A stretch of 64,000 nt of DNA, from assembly GCA_947584415.1 (NCBI GenBank), contig CANPWN010000005.1:9142-73141 (forward strand), given 5' to 3'. This DNA comes from an uncultured Clostridia bacterium. Lineage in GTDB: Bacteria > Bacillota > Clostridia > Christensenellales > UBA1242. The position numbers and the translations under genes are program-made. This document shows, piece by piece, positions 38,001-50,000 of the stretch. The notes beneath the pieces were generated by a model. That model searched no databases. It was given only the letters and a program-made list of their open reading frames with translations, and had not been told where the DNA came from. Within the stretch, counting starts at the first letter, position 1. Every line of letters starts with the position of its first letter.

Positions 38001-41000
38001 AATATAACCCCGCTGCTTGTTGCACTAGAACCGGAAGTTATAATGCCAAGGTCACCATATATTGACAATTTGCCACTTGCATCAGCCGCTGAAATGTAAT
38101 TTTGTTGATTCAGCCAAGAAATTGTGTAACTGTTTCGAACAACTGTTTTTCCACTTGCAATATTTGCAAAGGCGTAAAGATTTGCAGAGATATAGGACTG
38201 GACATTGCCAGTTGAATAACTTGCATCAATAAAGTTGTTTTGACCGCTTATGTTTGCAACAAGACCTGCGGCGCTGCCAGTTGCAGCGGCACGGTAAGTG
38301 ATGTCCACACTGCTGTAACTTTCTGCAATTCTTCCGCCGTTCATTTCTGCCACAAGTCCACCAATGTTGCCAACTGCACTTCCGCCTATTGAAAGTTTTC
38401 CGCTGACCATTGAGGCGTAAATTATGCCGCCTGAGAGTTTTTCTGTAAGTCCGCCATAATATTTAACACCTGTGTCAGTTGTGCCTTCCTGCTTTTCAAA
38501 AGTAATGCTATCCACAGTGTCTTCCTGGCTATATTTAATGTTAAAGCCAGAGATGAAACTATGCTCTTTAATTTCAGTTGTGATGTTGGAAGTTCTTACA
38601 TTAAAATCACTGATTAAAGCAAATGGTTTCTTTGAACCATCTAATTTCAAGTTATTAATGTTTGAAGCAGATGAAATGGAGTAATAAACAATTCCATGAC
38701 TTCCAATGGCATCAGTTGAGCCTGCTAAATTTGCGTCTGAAATTGGGTTAAGTTTGCTGCCCACAACACCCGTTGAAGGCAACAATTTGTTTATGATTGT
38801 TGTTGTGTTGTCAACCACCTCGCCATAGCCTAATGTGAAGGTGTTGTATCCAACATCTTTTGCTCTTTCGCTATCACTTTTTGCAAGCACAAGTTGAGAG
38901 CAATAGAAGTTAACGGAAGGAATATCTTTAATGGTTGCTGTAAAATCATGCCCGTTTCCTATCATGGCGTCTGTAAGATAATTGTCATTGTTTTCTTCAT
39001 TGTTATTATAGCGAGCATTGTTGTTTGTGAAAGCGGTGACATTACCTGCTAAATTTATTGTTGTTACAGATGCTTCCGCTGAGCCAATCAACCCGCCAAA
39101 GGTGTAACTTTGAAGTGCCGTAAATGATGTGGAGTAAGTGTAAATTGCATCACCATAGGTTTTGTTGTTTGAAAGGTTGACTGCTCCTTTTTGCACAAAG
39201 CCGACAACACCGCCGACATAATGCTCTTTGCCTTGATTATTGTCATCATTAAATTCAAACGCACCGCCAAAGATTGTGTCACTTAAGGTGATGTCTGCAC
39301 TCACTTCACCAATCATGCCGCCAACCTGAACCTTTCCGCCAACAAAGAACACTGAATTAACTTCAGCCTTGGCAAGAGTTGTTTCTGCGCTCGTGTAGCC
39401 CACAAGACCGCCCACATAGCAGCCTTCAGCAACAAAGCCGTCAATTGAGTTAGATTTGAAGGAGAAAGTTCCATCTGATTTAAGCAAGTCAGAAGCATGG
39501 TAACCAACCAATTCACCAGCGTAAATCTTTCCTGTTGCTGTGAAAGAAATGTTTTCCTTTTGAATCCCGTCATCAGGATTATTAAAATTGATGTCGCCAC
39601 CGAGGGTTAAAGATGAATGGTTTTGTCCAACCAAGCCACCAAAATAAAGGTCGTTTCCGCTCTTGAAAGGTTCAAGTTTAAATTCAAAATTATTTGCGTC
39701 TCCCGCAGTCGCATCTTTTACGGAAGACAAAAGTTTAATGTTAATGGTGTCTACTCTAAGCGAGGCTTCATTATATCCCACAAGTCCGCCAATGCTGAGT
39801 AATTCGCTCTTTGTGTCACCTGAAGTGTTTTGAATTGTGCCATCAATTTCAAGTGACGACAAATTCAAATCTCCTTGCACATGACCCACGACAAAGCCAG
39901 CATTTGTTGTTCCTTTGATTTGACCATTAAACATGATTTTTGTTTTGAGTTGATGTTCTTCAAATGTGAAATGAGTGATTTGCATATCCCCTGCAAAACC
40001 ACCGACATTAAGTGATGATGTTGGGGCTTGACAATCAAGATAGAGTTCATGTTCGCCGCTAAGATTCTTTGTGGTTATGCTTGTTTCGGCATATCCAACA
40101 CGGCCAAAATATCCTCCAAAGTTTGCGCTGGAGTTATCCTCTGTGGAAGAGAGAAGCAGGCGTGTTTCCACATCTCCTTGGTTTAAGTCGGTTGGAGATT
40201 GAATATCAATTGTCAACTTTGCAAAGTTGCCATCTTTTTCGCCCTTTTCTATCACTCTGCCAACATACAAGCCAAAGTTCACTGATTTTGCGCCACCGTC
40301 AACCTTTGCCAAATAATATTTGTTTAAATTTGCATCATGAAGGTCGTTATGCATGATGCTGATGTTTTGCACACGCAAAGTTTGATACAAACTGTTTTGT
40401 CTGATTGTTCCTGCAACAAGACCGAATTCAACATTTCCCTCGCCACCACTTGGCTCAACAGTCACGACCGCATTTCTTCCTTCAGAGAGTTTATCGGCAA
40501 ATGAATTGCCATCATTGAATATGAAAGACACATCAAGGATTGATGAACTTACAAAACTTGGAGCAAGCAAACCTGCTGCACCACCATAAGTTGACATTTT
40601 AACCATTGAGCCAATATACATTTTGATTGATGAGAAAGAAGCATTTTCAACCTGTGTTGCGCAAAGGAATCCTCCCTGAACCGAATAGTTGTTGGTGCTG
40701 TCCTTATAAACTGAAGTTGAATCTGCAGTGCCTGTGTCACCAGAGCCTGCAATAGTTGCACCGCCGGTGTCCTCTGTGTCAACAAAGATTGTAAGATTTT
40801 GGATATAAACACCCTTTGCCACTGTATTAAGCCATGGATGACGACCAATTATCACACCTGGATAATTTGTTGTGTTTGAATAATTATTGCTGATTGGGCC
40901 AAAGCCGTCCCCCCACTCAGTGTCGGCTGTGCCACCTATAATTCTTCCGGAGAACTGCTCAATTGCATTATTGTTTTCGCTCAAAGTTTTAAGATATGGG

Positions 41001-44000
41001 CGAAGGTCAACATTTTTATATTCTCCATCTTCATTTCTGCCACGAACTCTGATTTCAATTGATGAACGGTTCATCTTGTTGAGCACATTTCTGATGCTCT
41101 CATCTGTGGCGTCAAGATAAAGATAATTTGCTGTGTTGATAAAACTTATGACTGGGAAAAGCCTGTTTTCATCATGTGTCCAGTGAGTTATATCCCATGC
41201 ACCAGAGCCCATAAATGCGCCGTTTGTTTCCGTGAAGCCCGCTGTTTGATTTTCATAATTAGAAACAGAAGTGATTTCGTAAACTCTGTCATCAAGGTCC
41301 GTTGGGGCGGTGTAACCTTCATAAGGCACAACCTCAATCTTTTTGTCTGGGTTTGATAATGCTCCCCAAGTGTATTTTTCCATGTAACCCAAGACTTTGC
41401 AATCTTTTTCGTCATCTTTGCCAGAAAATGCTGTTTCAGATGGGAAGATTGTGATTTTGTCTCCTACTTTTTCGCCTTCGGCTGGGGCAACAATTCCGCC
41501 AACAACAGCATACAATGTTGCAGATTCATAATCGTTTTCTGCAATTCCATAAAGGTTTACTGCATTGACAGAGTTAAGGACGATTGTTGCATTTTGTGAT
41601 TGTTCTTGAATTACTCCAAAAAGTCCGCCCTGTGCGTCTTTGGCATAAACATCACCAGAAGCATAAACTTCATTTAAGTAAACTGAGCATTGAACATTTG
41701 CGTTTGTGGAAGGTCTAACAACATCAAAATTGTTGGTTGGGGAAACAACGCCGCCCGCAATTCCACCAGCATAACTTAATGTTTTTGTTGTGTGGTTGAT
41801 GGCATTGATTTTGCTGTATGCCACATTGATAGCAGCTGAGCCAACAACACCAAAAAGTCCGCCAACATGGGTTGGGTTGTAATCATAAGTTCCTGACTCT
41901 TTTTCGGTAAATGTGAACAAATCAAGAATTCCGCGCTCAACTGCAATTGCGGATGCAAGAGAATTTGATTGATAGTAAGCCTTTGTGCCATCTTCAATTG
42001 TGTTTTGAAGGGTGCTTTCATGCTCTGAATAGATTTGATAGAATTGACCATTGGCATATCCTATCAAGCCACCGGCAAAGTTGTTATAAGAAAGGATGTC
42101 GGCATAGCCATCATCTGTCTTCGACAATTTGAGTGCCAAATCTTGTGCCTTTGTTTTAACGCCGCTGTAACCAATCACTCCGCCGACAACTTCGCCACGG
42201 ATGTCTATTGAGCCTTCAACATGCAACATGCGTGTTGTGTAATTGTTGAGATTTGCGTTGTAGTCAAAAAGATTTGCGTTTTGTTGCGTGTCGGAACTGT
42301 CAAGATATCCAACAATGCCGCCGGCAAATGAATAAAGCCTGATTGTTCCAGCGTCACTGGTGCCACTTCCAAGCGCGGCAAAGAATCTGTCACTATCTTT
42401 GTTTGCCCTCAATGTTTCTGGGTCAAAGATTGTCAAATATCTTGCATTATTTTCATTGTCTGATTTTGATGAACGCGTTGCCCTAACTTTGATATTATTT
42501 GCTGTCAAACCATTAAGTCTGCTGTTTCCAAACACAACACCAACAATTCCGCCAACAGCGTTGACACCATTGACGCCATATTTTTCTTCCTCTTCTTTGT
42601 CGCCTGTTGTTATGTCAGAAATTGCGTTTTGTGTGACTTCAACATCAATGATAACGCCATCATTAACCATACCTGCCAAAGTTCCAACAACTGGAACATC
42701 AGTGAAGGTGACATTTTGAATTTCTATGTTAAGATTTTTAACCATGCCGCCATCTATCTTTGAGAACAGACCAGCCGACTTAACATTGTTTTTCTGATTT
42801 TCATTAAAGCCAAGTCCTAAAAGACCAAGTGACACATCTTCAAGAGTAAAGCCGTTGCCGTCAATTCCGCCTGTTAAGGTTTTTATTATTGATGAAATAA
42901 CCGCATTTCCCTTTTCACCACCGCCCAAATCAGCGTTGATTGATGAGAAGTCTGCGTCATCAATCAAGCGGTAATAACCTTTAACTTCTTCGTCTGTGTA
43001 TTTGTTTTGAATAACAGTTGAATTTGATTCGCCCATGGCATTTTTAAAGTCTTCAGCATTTGTAATCAAAATTGGGTTGTTTTGTCCGCCATACTCACTG
43101 CCTTCCAGTGTGCTATTTGCATTTGTCATTTCAGTTGCATAGACAAACACATAAGTTTTTCCGTCCACACTGTTTTTGTATCTATGCCCAAAGGTGATAA
43201 CATCACGGCTGACAAGTTTTACGCCTTCACCCGGAACAATTTTCCATATTCCATCATTTCTGTAAGATGCCTCTGTGTTTGAGATTTCGCCTGAGTCAAC
43301 ATTTGCTGATGTGGCAAACACAAAGCCATAATATGCCTCCTCTTTGCTTGCAGAATCAGCATCTATTGGCGCAGGTGCGCCATCAATCACGCTTTGCAAG
43401 TTGTTGGAATCATCATTTTGATAGCCTTCAAGATAATAATAACAATGCTCTATTGTTCCTTTATTTAAACTTTGTCCGTTTTTGTCCACTCCAGAGAAAT
43501 TGAGTTGGAACAAATCTGCTTTTTCAACATAGCAAGCAGTGTAAGATGTTCTAACTTTCCCAAAGTTGCTGTAAACAAAGCCGGAACTCATAATGCTTTT
43601 GATTTCTGTGTCATTGGCAATTGCAATGTTTGCATAGCAGTCCGTAATGCTGCTGTTAGCATCTTCTCTGGTGCCATTGTCAACAACAAAGCCTGCAGTT
43701 GAGCCTTTTGATGAAATGTTTGTGCCCATCAAATTGTAATTTGTTGTCTGACCAGCAAGTTTCATGCCTTCAACATAACTGGAGTTAATTCTTCCTGAGT
43801 TTGAAACAACAAAGCCGGCTGTTTTTGAGGTTGTAAGAGAACTTTCATTTGTGATTTGAATTTGACCTGCACCGCTTGATGCAATAGTGCCTGAGTTGTT
43901 AAGCACAAAGCCTGCCATATCACCCTGTCCAAGCAAAGTGAATTTGCCAAGTGAAATAACCTCATAATCTGAGGTTGGATAACCGCTGCGTGTGACATGT

Positions 44001-47000
44001 CTGGTCAACTGCCCACCCACTTTTGAGTTGGTTATATTTCCAGAGTTGTCAAGAACAAAGCCTGCCACCTCACAATCAATGGTTGAGTCGGCAATATAAT
44101 AACTGTTTTCGCCACGCTTAATTTGAACTCTTAAGCCAACATCTCCACTTGCTGCGGCAACTTGTGTGTCATAAGCGACGACTTCGCAGTTTGTTATTAT
44201 TCCTCTGTTTTCCAAAGCAAAACCAGCAACATGAACGCCGGTAACCTGAGTTTCCCCTGCAATGTTGATATTGATGTTTCCACCATAATAATAGTTAACT
44301 TTCAGGTTTTTGATGATTGAGCCATCAGGTATTTCTGTGAAAAGAGCCAATCTTATATCAGAAGATGAAGGCATTTCAAAACTTTGTATGTTGATTGTAA
44401 AGCCGTTTCCGTCAAAGGACCTCATGTTCTTTGCTGAAATAGGCTTGTAACCAACAAGAGTGATGTCATTTGCCAAGATGTAATCCTGCATTGTGCCGTC
44501 ACCACCAAGGTTTTTAAAGAAATCTGCGTCCTCAACTGATATAGGCTCATCACCTGTTGAATAGTCCATGATATTAAGGCCAAAGTTTGTTTCCACAGTG
44601 TAATTAACCGCAGTTCCCACTTTGCCAAGTGAAATGTAATCTATAATTTTGATGTTGATTGGACTTGAGGTGTTTCTAAGGCCAATTGCATACAATTCTT
44701 GTGTGCTTGCAACATAATTAAGGCTGAAAGAGGTTGTTGTGTAACTCCAAACATCACTGGCGGTGTTCACAAAGTTGGCTTTTGTTGAGCCGACATACAA
44801 CCTTTCATAAATTGGAATTACATTTTGATTTTTATCACAATTTATGTAAAAATCAGAATTCGGGTCGATATAATAGCCTTGTCTTTCAAATTGTTGACGC
44901 TTGCCAAGCAAAACATTGACCTGATTTGCTTCGTTTGGGTCTGTGGTGTCATAAGCATATTCATTTGGGCTGAATTGATGTTTGAGCTTTATATCTGCCC
45001 TAAAACCATTTGGAACAATGAGGACATCTCCGCCAAAAGATGCGTCATATTCCCCGCCTTCAAGCTTTGATGCCGCTGGCAAAAAGTCGACCAAAAGAAC
45101 GGAAACATAAGAGCTTTTCTGCTCCGGAATGCCATTAACATCTCTTGCAACAGTGACAACAAGTTGGAACTGACCGTTTGTTTCTACATCTTCATATTGC
45201 ACATTTGCATTTAGGCCTGCAAACATGGTTGCAGTGAGAATTTTTGTTCTTGTGTCGGCTGGATTTTCTTTTTCTTCCCATGTTGAAACAGAAATGCCTT
45301 TGGCTCTTGGCCATGCAATTGATTGAATATTTTGATTTTTGTTAAGGATAATCTTCAAATCTGCCGTGCCACCTTTTGCAATTGCGGCAATTGCGCCATC
45401 ATTGATTGTAAGGTCTGCAATTGGCAAAACAGAAATGTTAAGGGTGTAAGTTTGTGGCGGAGTAATTACTTCACCGTCTTTATCATAGAAGGTTGCAATA
45501 ATGTCAAAGGCTGTGTCTTGGGCAATGTCTGCGCCAACATAAATTCTGAAAATATAAACGCCATTTGCATCTGGGTCATAGTCAACTCTGATGCCATTTT
45601 GTGTGTTTGTGCTGTTTGCGTCATACAAGAATTTTGCTGTTTCATTTTGATATCTCTTCAATCTTGTGATGCCAAGCACATAGGATGTTTGAGTTGAGTG
45701 CGGCAAATATGTGAGTGTGAAGTTTTCATAATAAGCAAACGCTGGGTCAACAACAAGTTGCAAGATTGATGACCTGCCCGGCGACAGAGTTGAAACAAAG
45801 TCGTCCGCTCTTGTGTAAATACGCGTGCCGTTTGGGGCAAATTCGTCTGGGTTTGAACGGTAGTTTGCCATGTCAATGTAATCAATTGGCTGGCTGGTGA
45901 AACTTATGACAATTGGCAAGCCTTCGTTGTCAGCGTAGCCAGACTCTGAATTAATCAAAAGTGTGTAAGTTTCAAGTTTGCTGATTTGTTGACGGTAATC
46001 ATTATCAAGCCAAATTGACAACATGAATTTGACGCAATTTTCTTCGTCCCATGCGTCAGCATTCTTTGTCACTTTGACATAGAACATATACTGATTTGGC
46101 AAGTTTTTAAACTTGAAAAGTTTGTCGCCATTTGCCTGATTTTGCACAACTGGTTCTAAGCCAATTTCCTCCAAAGCAAAGGTCAAATCATCATCTTCTT
46201 TGTCGGTTTGAAGTCTTACTTCAAAGGTTGCCGTAAATGCAGGCTCAATCAAAAGTTTGTCCACACTTGCAGAAATGTGAATTGAACCTTTGTTTGGAAT
46301 AACGGTAAATTTTGCTTTATTATGCTCTTTTATTACATTTTGATAGGTCGTGCCCAAATCTTTAACTTCAGGCCATGCGCTCATTTCAAGTCTTTCAAAA
46401 ACATCTGCTGCATCAATTCTTTTGCCACTTACCATTTTGCTCTTTGCAACAAGCGTTCCTGTCAGGCCATTTGTTGTGAAACTAACCAAACTCTTGTCCT
46501 CAACCTGACCTGTTTTTACTGTTGTATTGTCAGTGTTTGTTTTAATTTCAAAGTTGTCCATCCTGATGTCAAATGGTTTTGGATTATTTGCAAGATAAAT
46601 TGACTTTTCAAGGTCAAAGTCAATGAATTCTGACCTGTTTGTGCCAACAAGCAAGTTGACTTTAATGTCATTGACAACATTGTTATATGTTGCCATAAAC
46701 TTATCAACCGCATGGGTGATTTTTAAAGTTATTTGACGCTGAAGATTAAAGTTCTGTTTTGGTCTGATTTTTAAGGTGACTGAGCCTGTTTGCCTTATTA
46801 TTAAACTTGAGCCAATAACCTCAACCACTTTCTCATCACCAGAAAATGCCACAAGTTCGCTGGCAATTTCATCTTTGAACAAACTTGTAAGTGAAATTGT
46901 GTTTATTCTTTCTAACGCTGCACTTTCACTTGCAGAAAGTTCAGACGCTCTGTCAAGTTCTCTGAAGTAAATCAGCACTTCTGAGCTGTTGACATAAAGG

Positions 47001-50000
47001 GCCTTTGTGTAATCATTTTCAACAACATCTCCAATTTTAAGGCCGCTTAAAATATCCTCAGTGATTTCTTGAGGTTGGAAAATTCCTTTAAGGTGTGGCT
47101 TGCCATCTCTTACATAAGAAAGGAAGCCGGCGTCACCTGCACTTACCCAGTTTTCAGAATTGGATTTAACATCACCACTTCCGTCAAGTGTGTAATATAT
47201 GTCGCTAAGTTTGGCTGATGACAAAATTGTTGCATCATCAAGGCCAGTTTGTTTCAAAATTGCGAAAGACAATGAAATTTGTGCGCCCTCTTCCACTTCT
47301 GCTGCAAATGAGCCTGAAGTTTTGGTTGCATTTAGCACATTTGAAGTTGTGAAATTATAGGCGTAAGAATTCAAAATCTTGCCCGTTGCATCCAGTTTGC
47401 CGACAATTCCGCCAACATAAGCGCCGCTGAAGGTGTTTGCCGCCGAAGAGAACATATAAAATTCCACTTTGCTGTCAGTTATTTTGCCTGAGTTAATGCC
47501 GGCAATTCCGCCAACATAAGTGTTTTCGCCTGTTGCGGAGATTGTTGCCCCTTCAACAGAAACTGCTGAAATTGTGCCATAGTTTTCACCCACAACCACG
47601 CCAACAAATTGTTCTTGTGAGTTCACCATGCTTGGAGTTGCTGAATCCGAAGTTGCGAGAACCGAAATCTTAACATTGTTTATAAGTCCAAGGTTGGTTT
47701 GTGCAACTATGCCTGAACCTTTGACGCTGCCATTAAAGGTCAGTCTTTCAATTTTTGCTGTTTCGGAGATTTTGCCAAATAATGCACCTGAATTTGTCCC
47801 AGCGAAAGTCAAAGTGATTGAGTCATTATAACCCTTAAGTGTTCCATTGAAGGTTGCATTTTCAAAAACTGTCCAATCGGTCAAAGTCAAAGAACGCATT
47901 AAAACATAGTGCTGTGACAAATCTATGTTGGAAAGTTCAGAGGTGGAGTAAATTCGAAGTGCCGTTTCTTCACTTGAGCCATCTGCAACAACCACTCTGA
48001 GTTTTAACATCACATCCTTATAATATATTTTAATTAAAGTTGAATTGTCGCGTCTGTAAAAATATCCTTCAATGATGTTGTCATATTCGTCTGCAATTTT
48101 TGTGACTGACACATAGTGTGCTTCCATGCCTTCCGGCAAAAGTGAATTGTCCGTGTAATAAACAAGCGTATCCGTTGAACCTTTTGAAATTATGCTGTCA
48201 TCTGGATAAACATAAATATATCCTGTGCCACCTTTTGGCTTTTGTCCGTTTGAAGGACGCTCAAAAGACACAAGTCCAAGCGGGCTGACATCAACAAAGT
48301 TGTAATCAATTCCGTCATCTGCAACAAATTTATATTTTAAGGTGTTGTTTCTTGCATTGTAAGGTTTGACATCTGTGATAATAGGAAAAGATGTGTCTGT
48401 TACCAGCGAGCCTGTTGCATCCAAATATATAACGCCATCATCTGTTTGGTTGCGCCAATCAACTGATTCAACACGCTGTGAATTGATGATTTGCACCGAC
48501 ACCGAGCCTGTGTAAACACTGCCAAAAACCCTGTATTCAAGGATAATCTGGTCAATATGGCTTGAGTAACCATCAGTGGAGTCCGCAACAATATCAAAAG
48601 AGAGGTTGGTTTTGTTGTAAATGATGTTTTCTATGTGATAATATTCGTTTCCGCCGTTAATAATGAAGTCTTTTTCCTTATGAACCAAAGCCTCATTTGC
48701 AGAATAGATTTTGAAAGATGACCTCGTGTCGTTTTCATCTCCATAATATGTGATGCCTTTTGAGTCTACCCTATATTTGACTGTTATGTGCGCTCTGGCA
48801 CGTTCACTTTCATGGCTAGACACAGAATTTTGTGCTAAAAGTTCCTCACTATCACCTTCAACTTCAGGCATAAGGCTTGATGGGGCTGTGTAGGCTTCAA
48901 TATAAAATATTCTGTAGAACAAAAGTTCCGTGTGGTCATCTGTTAAACCTTCGAAAGTTATGAGTGCAAAGCCTTTAAAATCATTGGTAATGGAAATTGT
49001 GCCTTCAGAATATTCCACCTTTGTTGACGCGTCAGCTGTTTGAAGTTGAAGGATAAAATCATTGATGTTGTCAAGATTGCTTAGCCATGCTTCAGGGTTG
49101 CTGCCAAATTCCATCTCAATAAATTTTGGTGTTTCCACTTTAACTTTGGTGTTGCTCGAAAAAGCCACATTTAAGTTTGTTCCAGTTTTGATGAACACAT
49201 ATTCAAGGCTGTTGTCACCTGTGCCAACAAATTCTGGTGTGTTTGAAAAGTTTTGGGTTGCATAGCCACTCTTTGAAGCGGAAGTTGATGATGCGCCAGT
49301 AAGTTCAACTGAAGCGTTTGTCATTGATGTGAACCCGGTCACAACAAAATTGTTTTCTGATTTAAAGCCGCTTTCATGTTCAAAGTAAATAATGCACTTT
49401 TCATTGTCAAGACCAAGCTTTTTATTTCTCACGGTCAGTGATATTGTGCCATTTTTCCAATCATAACCATAATCAATAATCTCAAAGTTTTCGCTTGATG
49501 TCGCTGCCGGACGCCAAGTTATGCCTTGAATGCCAGCAAGGGCAGGAACAACAAATTCTTTTGTGAAGGTGTTGATTTGAGATGTTGTCATGAAAACTTC
49601 AACATCTCCCTCTTCTCCCAAACTAAAATTGCTGTTTGGCGCTTTAAAACAACTGAAGTTCACATCTGAACGAACATTGGTTGATTGTTCTGAGATAAAA
49701 TTAAATTTGATTTTTTCCGGTTGCTCGGTCTGTTCAGCCGGGTTGTGATTTTCAAAATATTCGTCCGCAACATAGATGTAAAGTGTTGTTTTGTTGTCAA
49801 GCAATTCGCTTTTGTATGTGTTTCCTTTAACATGAGTGAAGTTCACTTCCGTCATGCCCGTGTTGGTTGAGCCAACATTGACGGAAACCCAGGAATTAAC
49901 ATTTTCTTGGGCAGGGTCAACAGCGCCATCCAAAGGCAAAGTTACTTCAATATAGAATTTGGCTTTGTCATTGTCCACTGATTCAGGGCCAAGTTCAACA